DNA from: a virus
Length of the DNA stretch: 64,000 nt
Direction: 5' to 3' (one strand)
IMG/VR virus record: IMGVR_UViG_3300009184_000044
Span: 4,394 to 68,393 of that record
Shown here: positions 49,897 through 56,628 of the stretch, piece by piece
Layout of the letters: the number at the start of each line of letters is the position of its first letter
How positions within the stretch are numbered: position 1 is the first letter of the stretch
Program-made: the position numbers and the translations under genes
The notes under the pieces: generated by a model
Databases searched by the model: none
Told to the model about the DNA's origin: nothing
Seen by the model: only the letters and a program-made list of their open reading frames with translations

Positions 49897-50120
49897 TGAT
49901 AATCGTATACAGCAATCCGAACTGTGTTGCATGTGAGCAGACTAAAAGATTTCTAACTCTAAAAGAGATTCCTTTTGAATCTAAGATGATTCAAGATAGC
50001 CCAGAGGTGTTTGCTCTAATTGAGGAAAAAGGATACGCATCAGCACCAGTGGTTGTTGCTGGTGAAGACAACTGGGCTGGATTTAGATTAGATAAACTTA
50101 ACTCACTAGTTAAGGAATAA
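49896..50120 (+). CDS. nrdH: NrdH-like glutaredoxin
   Basis: VYSNPNCVAC, GY.SAPVV and WAGFRLDK motifs. Confidence 0.9.
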   Translation: MIIVYSNPNCVACEQTKRFLTLKEIPFESKMIQDSPEVFALIEEKGYASAPVVVAGEDNWAGFRLDKLNSLVKE

Positions 50121-50122
50121 AA

Positions 50123-50320
50123 ATGCCTACATATGAATATAAATGTGAAACCCACCCTGAAGACCAAGAACATCGGTATGTAGAGGTTAGAGCTATCACA
50201 GCTGAGGAACCAAAAGACCTGATTTGCAAAGTTGAGGGATGCGGTGCTAAACTAAATAAAATATTCTTTGCTCCGCCAATTCACTTTGGTGATGGTTTTG
50301 GAGGAAGTACATTTAGATAG
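50123..50320 (+). CDS. FmdB-like zinc-ribbon protein
   Basis: MPTYEYKC...C..C...L.KIF.AP.I.F.GF pattern. Confidence 0.75.
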   Translation: MPTYEYKCETHPEDQEHRYVEVRAITAEEPKDLICKVEGCGAKLNKIFFAPPIHFGDGFGGSTFR

Positions 50321-50333
50321 AGAGTAGAGTCCC

Positions 50334-50672
50334 ATGCTAGAAAACCTTATACCTAAGGATTACCCTGATTTTGAAGAGCATGGAACCCCTCCTTGTGCTG
50401 AGTCATTCCCGGATGCATTCTTTACGACAGACAAGAGTGAATCTTCTGTCTTGAGAAATGGCAAAGTTTCTATGAAAACTTGGGCTAGGTATGACTATGA
50501 AAAAGAGGCTAAAGCTATCTGTGCTGAATGTCCTTACAAAAAAGCCTGTCTAGAGTTTGCCCTAAAGTATTCAGAAATTGGTATCTGGGGTGGAACTACT
50601 GAGCTAGAGCGTAGAAGAATGCGACCAGCTCATAATTTAGGTTCAACTAGCCAGCCTCGTCCTAGAGTATAA
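50334..50672 (+). CDS. whiB: second WhiB-family transcription factor
   Basis: PPCAESFPDAFF, AKAICAECPYKKAC and GIWGGTT..ERR motifs. Confidence 0.9.
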   Translation: MLENLIPKDYPDFEEHGTPPCAESFPDAFFTTDKSESSVLRNGKVSMKTWARYDYEKEAKAICAECPYKKACLEFALKYSEIGIWGGTTELERRRMRPAHNLGSTSQPRPRV

Positions 50673-50731
50673 TAGAAACATGCCCTTGGGAGAGGGAGGC
50701 TTAAACCCCAAACTCAACCCTAGGGAGATAT

Positions 50732-51001
50732 ATGAAACTCGTTTTGATGATTTTCAAGAGAACTATTGCTCTTGTAATTCTAAAAGTCAGTGCTGTTCTT
50801 GCTGCTGGTTCTATTGGTGGCGTTGAACTATGGAAGTCAGCTTTGATTGCTGCTTTCGTTGGAATCATGGAAGTTGCAGAGTCTTTGGCTCGTGCTTACG
50901 TCGTAGATGGCGTTCTAGACCATGATGAAATCAACATCGCTTTTGCTAGCTCTGCTGAGGCAGCTTTGGCTGAGACCAAGAAAAGCTCAACTAAAGAATA
51001 A
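50732..51001 (+). CDS. small membrane protein (possible holin)
   Basis: Two hydrophobic helices then DG.L..DEIN.AF; has its own TATAAT promoter and terminator. Confidence 0.6.
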   Translation: MKLVLMIFKRTIALVILKVSAVLAAGSIGGVELWKSALIAAFVGIMEVAESLARAYVVDGVLDHDEINIAFASSAEAALAETKKSSTKE

Positions 51002-51019
51002 TTAAGTTCTTTACAACTT

Positions 51020-51045
51020 GCCCCTCGCTTGTCGGGGGGTTTGTT
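51020..51045 (+). terminator. intrinsic terminator
   Basis: gcccctcg-cttgt-cggggggt followed by ttgtt. Confidence 0.65.
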
Positions 51046-51099
51046 GCATTAAAGGGGAATGTTTGCTAGTATGTTTGAGTTATCTAACAAAGGAGTAAT

Positions 51100-51333
51100 A
51101 TGTCATACGACGAATGGATTGCCTTAGGTATTGCTAATGGCTGGACTGGTCCAGCAGTTTGCTATACGCACGATGGGCTACCTACATCAGCGGCTGAAGA
51201 TGACGAATTTGAGGTGGGCGACCCATGCATTCACATTCTGCGTCTTTACGATGATGCTGAAGTAAAGCAAGCAGTTCAGGAAAATCATTCTCCATCAGTG
51301 TGGCGTGCTACAAATGATGGAATTGATGTATAA
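51100..51333 (+). CDS. hypothetical protein
   Basis: SD aaggag; GW.GP.VC.THDG.P...GDPCIH pattern; TTGCAT-17-TAGTAT promoter upstream. Confidence 0.7.
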   Translation: MSYDEWIALGIANGWTGPAVCYTHDGLPTSAAEDDEFEVGDPCIHILRLYDDAEVKQAVQENHSPSVWRATNDGIDV

Positions 51334-51344
51334 TAGGAGTTATT

Positions 51345-51479
51345 ATGGCAAAAGGTAAAAGTGGCGCAAAGCCAGTACCAGAAGTAAAAAGTTCTGGTAG
51401 ACAAAACGGTAAGGCGTCTAAAAAGCGTCCTAAAGTTTTTGATAAAGAAAAGCGTAAGCTAGTAACAAAACAAAACTAA
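51345..51479 (+). CDS. small Lys/Arg-rich protein (44 aa, not in the ORF track)
   Basis: SD aggag; MAKGKSGAKPVPEVKSSGRQNGKASKKRPKVFDKEKRKLVTKQN*. Confidence 0.65.
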   Translation: MAKGKSGAKPVPEVKSSGRQNGKASKKRPKVFDKEKRKLVTKQN

Positions 51480-51490
51480 ATAGTGAACAA

Positions 51491-51790
51491 GGGGATGACT
51501 GGTTTCGACAGTTGTCTTGATGTTAGTGAAGCAAGCAGAAACGGCCACGCATTCTTAAAGTGTGGTAAAACAATAAATGCTGAACGTACTTCCGCATTCG
51601 CTCTAGCCGCGTGATTTAATCGCAACGCTTAGGCCCCTGACAAAGCACTAGTTCTAGGTGGGCAGTCAGGTTTTAAATAAATAGAACAACCCTCTCGTAG
51701 TGCCCTGCAATACCGTGGTTGGTAAAACCTAAGCTTGTAGAAGAATAACTGAATGTCAATTGGACCGGGGTTCGATTCCCCGCATCTCCA
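51491..51790 (+). ncRNA. ssrA: tmRNA
   Basis: 5' GGGGATGACTGGTTTCGAC. 3' T-arm CGGGGTTCGATTCCCCG and CATCTCCA give a 7-bp acceptor with G3:U. The tag ORF at 51579-51614 reads AERTSAFALAA*, after AATAAAT. Confidence 0.95.
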
Positions 51791-51848
51791 CGCTTGTAGA
51801 CAGAGGAGCGTAAAGCGGTCTACCCGTCCTAGGCAACGGAATCTCCAA

Positions 51849-51920
51849 GGACTGGCGTAGCCAAGGTGCTACGAGTCGATTCGGTAAGTAGTAGTCGGTA
51901 GTGCAAATCTACACAGTCCA
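51849..51920 (+). ncRNA. tRNA-like RNA lacking a canonical anticodon arm
   Basis: Acceptor GGACTG/CAGTCC plus discriminator A; D-like TAGCCAAGGT; T-arm GTAG-TGCAAAT-CTAC; 72 nt. Confidence 0.55.
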
Positions 51921-51955
51921 CTCATGTAACATAAAACTATCTGGGAGGATACAAC

Positions 51956-52363
51956 ATGAAGAATAAAGTAGTAATAACATTAGTAACACTAGTAAGCCTA
52001 GTTGTAGGTGGAGTGGCAACAGCAATGTTTTTGCCTAAGCCATTTAGCGACCTTACCGTAGAAAAAGAGATTCCACAGCCTCTTGACTCCAAGGAGCGTG
52101 CTATATGGTCAAAGGAGCACTTTTTAAAGATACTCAAGGAAGATTTCCCTGCAACCACAGAGAATTTCTCTGACGAATTTTTGCTAGAAGGAACTCTTGA
52201 TGTATGTCGCATTGGTGATTTGTCATACAGTTCTATTGCCGAAGATGTATCAAACAAGTTTGGCGTTCCTACTAGCCATCAGTTTGTTGATAGTTACATC
52301 GGATTCTCGGTGATTTACTTCTGTCCACAAGAAGATAACATCATTTGGGTAATCAAGAAGTAG
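51956..52363 (+). CDS. secreted / membrane-anchored protein (DUF732-like C-terminus)
   Basis: N-terminal signal/TM helix; L..G..VC and Y/FCP C-terminal pattern; SD ggagg. Confidence 0.55.
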   Translation: MKNKVVITLVTLVSLVVGGVATAMFLPKPFSDLTVEKEIPQPLDSKERAIWSKEHFLKILKEDFPATTENFSDEFLLEGTLDVCRIGDLSYSSIAEDVSNKFGVPTSHQFVDSYIGFSVIYFCPQEDNIIWVIKK

Positions 52364-52372
52364 TAAAATAAA

Positions 52373-52798
52373 TGTGAGTGATTCGCCCCTCGTCACTCTT
52401 GTAACTTCGGGTAGTATCTCGTTGCTATCGCAAGGGGCACTTTTAGGCTCTTTACTGCTGAGTCCACAAGACCAACCAGCAGAGCGAAAGCTTGAGACGA
52501 CCCGCAAGGGTGGGAACCTCTGGAACCAAGGTCCAAACTTGGGAAAGGTCAGTACTAGGTCTTCCAAATTTGGCGTGTCGAATTTGACAAGATTCAAATC
52601 TTTTGATACGCTGTAAGCAACAAGTTCTCGACGGAGAACTTGGAGTATGGCAGAATCGCTCCCACCGCCAGTGGGGGAGAAATGCAGTCTTGGCTCTTAG
52701 CGGAGTGGTTTAGCGACCAAACAAGATGTCTGCTCAAAGCGGTACTTAGAGAACCGCTGGCTAGGCAGTGATGGTAAAACGCAGTCCATCTACTCACA
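52373..52798 (+). ncRNA. large structured non-coding RNA candidate (about 430 nt; possibly two RNAs)
   Basis: At least 10 helices including GNRA-capped hairpins and a 5'/3' closing stem. TAAAAT -10 at 52364 and a terminator at 52801. No credible ORF. Confidence 0.75.
52584..52612 (+). promoter_or_regulatory. sigma-A type promoter inside the ncRNA region
   Basis: TTGACA (52584-89), 17 nt, TACGCT (52607-12). Confidence 0.55.
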
Positions 52799-52800
52799 CT

Positions 52801-52840
52801 AACCCCTTCCACTTCATTGTTGGTAAGGGGTTTTTACTTT
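52801..52840 (+). terminator. intrinsic terminator of the ncRNA
   Basis: aaccccttccac-ttcatt-gttggtaaggggtt followed by tttacttt. Confidence 0.75.
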
Positions 52841-52944
52841 AATCTTGTATAAATTTAGGATTAAGGTTATAACTAATTTGAGTTGCAAATCTTTGTACAG
52901 GATGATACCTTATGATTATTACCTATAAAGATAAGGAGAATACA

Positions 52945-53355
52945 ATGACTGACGGATACCAACCAGACTTTGACCATGATTTAGAGCGTGGAAAGGTAGG
53001 GGAGAGCTTACTTGGGACGTTCCTTGGCGACTTGGCTGATGGAGCTAAATTTGAAGTAAAGACTGACTACCTTGCTAAAGAGTATGGAAACTTCTACATA
53101 GAATGCCAGCAATTTAACTGGTCGGATGAATCAGACCTTCGGGACTCTGGGATTAGAACAACTAAAGCGGAGTGGTGGGTCTGTGCTGGTCCGAACGCTA
53201 ATGGGATGCTTGTTATACGTACTTCGGACTTGAAAGACTTGATTGAGGAAAAAGGTTACTCTTTAGGTAAGCAGCGAATAACTAATGACTTCACTAATGG
53301 CAGTTATGGCTACAAAGTAAAAGTCGTCGACGTGCTTAAGAAATTAGGGTTCTAA
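52945..53355 (+). CDS. PD-(D/E)XK nuclease-like protein
   Basis: FD.DL..G..GE, FEVKTD, GNFYIE and SGI.TTKA.WW; SD aaggag before ATG 52945. Confidence 0.6.
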   Translation: MTDGYQPDFDHDLERGKVGESLLGTFLGDLADGAKFEVKTDYLAKEYGNFYIECQQFNWSDESDLRDSGIRTTKAEWWVCAGPNANGMLVIRTSDLKDLIEEKGYSLGKQRITNDFTNGSYGYKVKVVDVLKKLGF

Positions 53356-53795
53356 TGAGTAATAATGTAAACTGGAGTGAGCTACTTGCAAAGTTGCCTA
53401 AGAGTGCTGAGACTGAAAAGCCTTTAGGTGGTAAGTATGCAGTGTCTACTTGGACTGACCGTAAATGCTCGATTAGACATCGTACTGCTGAAGCTTTTTT
53501 GAAGTGTTCATCTAGCTGGACCCATAATGGTGAAAAACTTACAAAGAATTTCCGCTACTTTACTGGCTTTGGCCAGTGGATTGTAATGCACTCGCATTAC
53601 TCTGGCGACTACTACACTGAGCACAACAACAAGTATCTAAACCATGGGCACATGATTGAGAACGTCTATATGTTTGAAACCTATGAGCAAGCCAGTCAGT
53701 ACATAACAGGTCGGATAGATAAAGACTGTTTTGAGGGAGATTGCAATGGATACTGTAGGGGGCTTAATACAAAAATTATTCACATTAAGCTATAG
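53355..53795 (+). CDS. hypothetical Cys/His-containing protein
   Basis: TAATG-coupled ORF; C..RHRT....KC and C..DC..C. Confidence 0.6.
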   Translation: MSNNVNWSELLAKLPKSAETEKPLGGKYAVSTWTDRKCSIRHRTAEAFLKCSSSWTHNGEKLTKNFRYFTGFGQWIVMHSHYSGDYYTEHNNKYLNHGHMIENVYMFETYEQASQYITGRIDKDCFEGDCNGYCRGLNTKIIHIKL

Positions 53796-53820
53796 TCATA
53801 TTTTTGTGATACAATAATCT

Positions 53821-53903
53821 TAGATATGCCAATTGGGTATCTATAAACCAGCTGGTCTTCGGACAGCGAAGACTAGCGTTATTCTCGTCTAAGGAGAGAA
53901 AAC
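53821..53903 (+). promoter_or_regulatory. structured 5' UTR of hsp20 (candidate RNA thermometer)
   Basis: -10 TACAAT at 53810. Hairpins at 53821-43 and 53851-77, and a third at 53882-900 overlapping the SD. Confidence 0.5.
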
Positions 53904-54398
53904 ATGATACACCCTGAAACAAATCCTCACGACCCGTGGGGAAAGCAGTGGGTACCAACTAAAAAGGTATCCGCACCTAAGGTAATCACTATTGATGACC
54001 TATTCCCACGCATTGAGCGTTGGGGAATCGGATGGGAGCCCGTCCTTCAGTCGCTACGCACTGTAGCCGAAACCAAGCCAAACTACCCTCCATACAATAT
54101 CGTCAAGGATGGCGACAAGTATGAAATCGTTATGGCTGTTGCTGGGTTCAAGAAGGACCAAATCGATGTTGAACTAACTGGTAGAGACCTAGTCGTGTCC
54201 AGTGCAGTTGATGTTGAAAAGGCAGATATCCGCGACGTAATCCACCAAGGCATTGCTCAAAGGAACTTCAAAGTAACCTTTTCGCTTGCTGAGCATGTTG
54301 AAGTGAAGTCAGCGAAACTTGCTGATGGACTTTTGACTATTAAGCTAAAGATGGAACTTCCGGAAGAAAAAAAGCCGAAAGTCTTTGAGATTGAATAA
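53904..54398 (+). CDS. hsp20: small heat-shock protein (Hsp20/alpha-crystallin)
   Basis: NYPPYNI, MAVAGF, HQGIAQRNF..TF.LAEHVEV..A.LADGLL.I motifs. Confidence 0.95.
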   Translation: MIHPETNPHDPWGKQWVPTKKVSAPKVITIDDLFPRIERWGIGWEPVLQSLRTVAETKPNYPPYNIVKDGDKYEIVMAVAGFKKDQIDVELTGRDLVVSSAVDVEKADIRDVIHQGIAQRNFKVTFSLAEHVEVKSAKLADGLLTIKLKMELPEEKKPKVFEIE

Positions 54399-54409
54399 TT
54401 TCTAAATTG

Positions 54410-54440
54410 AAAGCCCCGCTTAGGCGGGGTTTTCTTTTTG
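54410..54440 (+). terminator. intrinsic terminator
   Basis: aaagccccgc-ttag-gcggggtttt-cttttt. Confidence 0.85.
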
Positions 54441-54455
54441 GGGTAAACTATAGTT

Positions 54456-55115
54456 ATGGAAACTCTTGACCCTGGCTTAGCCCTCTTATATGCACGCGTT
54501 TCTACGCAGTTGCAGGTGAATGATGGCGTATCGCTGGATGTACAGGAAAGGCAGTTGATTACAGCTGCTGAGTTCCACGGATTCACTCGTTGGGAAATTA
54601 TTCGTGAGGAAGGTCGTTCTGGTAAGAGTATTACTGGTAGACCTGCCCTTACAGCCGCCCTTAGTCGCCTAGAGACTGGTGATGCTCAGGCATTGTTCGT
54701 TACTCGTATTGACCGCCTAGCTCGTAGCACAACGGACTTCTTGGACATCGTTGATAGGGCAAACAGGAAAAATTGGCGTTTGATTATGCTAGACCTAAAT
54801 CTAGACACTTCTTCTTATCAGGGGCGTTTCGTGGTTACGATTATGTCTGCTTTGGCTGAGATGGAGCGTGGAATCATTTCTGCTCGTCAAAAGGACATCC
54901 ACAAGGATAGACGAGACCGCGGGGTGAAGTGGGGCGTTGATATGGGCCCTAAGAATAAAACTCCTGAAGAAGTAAAGAATAGGGTATACTCCGAACGAAG
55001 TCGTGGCCGCACCTATCGTGATATAGCTAACGGACTGAATGCTGATGGGATATTGGGGCAAAATGGGGGAAAGTGGTACCCGACCACAGTAAAGAATTTG
55101 TTGGATAACGAGTAA
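54456..55115 (+). CDS. serine recombinase (resolvase/invertase-like), leaderless
   Basis: YARVST..Q, SG...RP.L and RIDRLARS, with a C-terminal IA..LN.DG...GKW..TTV domain. TAAACT lies 6 nt before the ATG. Confidence 0.9.
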   Translation: METLDPGLALLYARVSTQLQVNDGVSLDVQERQLITAAEFHGFTRWEIIREEGRSGKSITGRPALTAALSRLETGDAQALFVTRIDRLARSTTDFLDIVDRANRKNWRLIMLDLNLDTSSYQGRFVVTIMSALAEMERGIISARQKDIHKDRRDRGVKWGVDMGPKNKTPEEVKNRVYSERSRGRTYRDIANGLNADGILGQNGGKWYPTTVKNLLDNE

Positions 55116-55145
55116 CTATAGATTGCATGTGCTAGTATTTTCTCT

Positions 55146-55412
55146 ATGAATAGTGAAAATAAAGTAACATCTAAGCTTGGCAAAGTAGTTGCTGATGCAT
55201 TAGATACTAGAGAAAAGATGCAAATCGCTACAGAGAACGCTATAGATGCTTCTTTTGCTATGGGAATTCAAATTGGCATCGATGAAGAACGTCAGAGAAT
55301 TATTGAGTGGATTTCAGAGAATCGCTCAACATTTGAGTTTGATGGCGGTGGCACTATGCATCGAGACCACTTCCGCTCTGAGGATTTGATTCGTTTTATT
55401 TCTGGAGAGTAA
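55146..55412 (+). CDS. hypothetical protein, paralog 1 of the E..RII..L / LI.GE family
   Basis: DEERQRIIEWI...DLIRFISGE; leaderless (TAGTAT then 7 nt to the ATG). Confidence 0.65.
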   Translation: MNSENKVTSKLGKVVADALDTREKMQIATENAIDASFAMGIQIGIDEERQRIIEWISENRSTFEFDGGGTMHRDHFRSEDLIRFISGE

Positions 55413-55591
55413 TGCATCAGGAGAACGCTAGGTCATTTGTTCTTGGCTTTGAAGCTGGTGAAGCTTCAGAACAATTACGCATTCTTAAGTTGCTAGAAAA
55501 TAGACGCAAAGAGTATGTTGCAAAACATTACATTGATGGTATACTAGAAATGGACGAGCTTATTGCTCTAATCAGAGGAGAGAATGAATGA
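55412..55591 (+). CDS. hypothetical protein, paralog 2 (59 aa, not in the ORF track)
   Basis: MHQENARSFVLGFEAGEASEQLRILKLLE...ELIALIRGENE*; overlaps both neighbours. Confidence 0.65.
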   Translation: MHQENARSFVLGFEAGEASEQLRILKLLENRRKEYVAKHYIDGILEMDELIALIRGENE

Positions 55592-55785
55592 GTAACCCAG
55601 AAAACGGAGCCGCTCGTAATACTATGAGTGAGTTTGAACGCCAGTGTTATGACTGGGGTTGGGCGGATTCTAAAGAACGCATAATCAAACTGTTAGTAGA
55701 GGCAGATACTACTCACCTAAATGCTGAAGGGCTAAAGGGTTGGTATTTTGCACTCGGCCTTATTGAGGGAGAGACTGATGAATGA
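55588..55785 (+). CDS. hypothetical protein, paralog 3
   Basis: DSKERIIKLL...LGLIEGETDE. Confidence 0.65.
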   Translation: MSNPENGAARNTMSEFERQCYDWGWADSKERIIKLLVEADTTHLNAEGLKGWYFALGLIEGETDE

Positions 55786-55981
55786 AGAGATAACTAAAAA
55801 AGAGATAGTAGCATTTGTGCTAATTGTTGTTGCAATGCTTGGGTGCTTAGCCTATGGGTTCTTCCTGCTCAAGGGGAATCAAAAGCCGACACCTACTCCT
55901 ACCCCTGTCTCCTGTTGGGAACAATATGAAGACGCTGGGGAAGAGACTGCTATTCAGATGTGTGAGGGTGAAGGTGAGTAA
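55778..55981 (+). CDS. small membrane protein
   Basis: One TM helix, a PT linker and a CW..Y...AI..CE tail. Confidence 0.55.
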   Translation: MNEEITKKEIVAFVLIVVAMLGCLAYGFFLLKGNQKPTPTPTPVSCWEQYEDAGEETAIQMCEGEGE

Positions 55982-56132
55982 AGAACTAAAGATGTTGCTT
56001 ATCACCATGGCACTATTTATTGGTGGCATTGTGTACATGTATGTAAGTCAGCACTATAAATGTGAAACTATTAGGTATCAAGACTTGGGTGGAACGCACT
56101 CCAAGGATGTATGTGAGTGGGTAAATCAGTGA
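55974..56132 (+). CDS. small membrane protein
   Basis: GTG start overlapping the previous gene; TM helix and two Cys. Confidence 0.5.
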   Translation: MSKELKMLLITMALFIGGIVYMYVSQHYKCETIRYQDLGGTHSKDVCEWVNQ

Positions 56133-56251
56133 ACTATGTAGTTTGTCAGCATGACCTGACGCACCAATATGCTAAGCATGAGTGTGATGGGTGCTGTGCT
56201 CAGTATTTTCTAAAGCCAATTGAGGAAAGTGAAGATGCCAGCCGCACCTAA
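56129..56251 (+). CDS. small Cys/His-rich protein (40 aa, not in the ORF track)
   Basis: GTGA overlap; VNYVVCQHDLTHQYAKHECDGCCAQ... Confidence 0.4.
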   Translation: MNYVVCQHDLTHQYAKHECDGCCAQYFLKPIEESEDASRT

Positions 56252-56615
56252 TCCAAAAAAGAAATCATCTATTCCAACCAGCATCAAGGTTGGTACACAA
56301 GTATTTGCAGTTATTGAACGTTCCCCTGATATAGATGGAATGCTTAGCGATGGCACTTATGGCTATACGCTAGACGAGAAGAATCTAATTGTTATAAGTT
56401 CTGATATACACAAGACTAAAAAGCAAATTACTCTCCTACATGAGATTCTGCACGCTTGTCGCATGGTGTTTGATAACTCACTAAAGCCGAAGAAGTCAGA
56501 TGATTTTGAAGTCTGGGAGCATTACTTTATTGGAACTGTTGAGCACTCGTTGTTGTTAGTGTTTTCGCAGAACAAAGGTCTAGTGGAGTGGCTACTAGAA
56601 GATTCAGAGCTTTGA
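56235..56615 (+). CDS. HEXXH metallopeptidase-like protein (ImmA/IrrE-like)
   Basis: TLLHEILHA motif plus a downstream Glu. Confidence 0.65.
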   Translation: MPAAPNPKKKSSIPTSIKVGTQVFAVIERSPDIDGMLSDGTYGYTLDEKNLIVISSDIHKTKKQITLLHEILHACRMVFDNSLKPKKSDDFEVWEHYFIGTVEHSLLLVFSQNKGLVEWLLEDSEL

Positions 56616-56628
56616 TAGAATTTAGGCT

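Noticed and set aside
51791-51850. HDV-like (theta) ribozyme, SAH riboswitch (GAGGAGCG) or ZTP riboswitch (GACTGGCG..AGGTG) calls
   Set aside because: Only short motif matches. The HDV P1.1 and catalytic C, the SAH CCAGGCUC/GGCGCUC elements and the downstream ZTP CGCCUGG pseudoknot are missing.
52373-52798. RNase P RNA or group I/II intron
   Set aside because: No GAGGAAAGUCC or P4 3' signature, no recognisable P7 or domain V, and no interrupted gene.
52250-52812. ORF-track entries 52374..52616 (+), 52250..52597 (-) and 52594..52812 (-)
   Set aside because: They have no SD, atypical composition and no motifs. The dense helices, promoter and terminator are better explained by an ncRNA.
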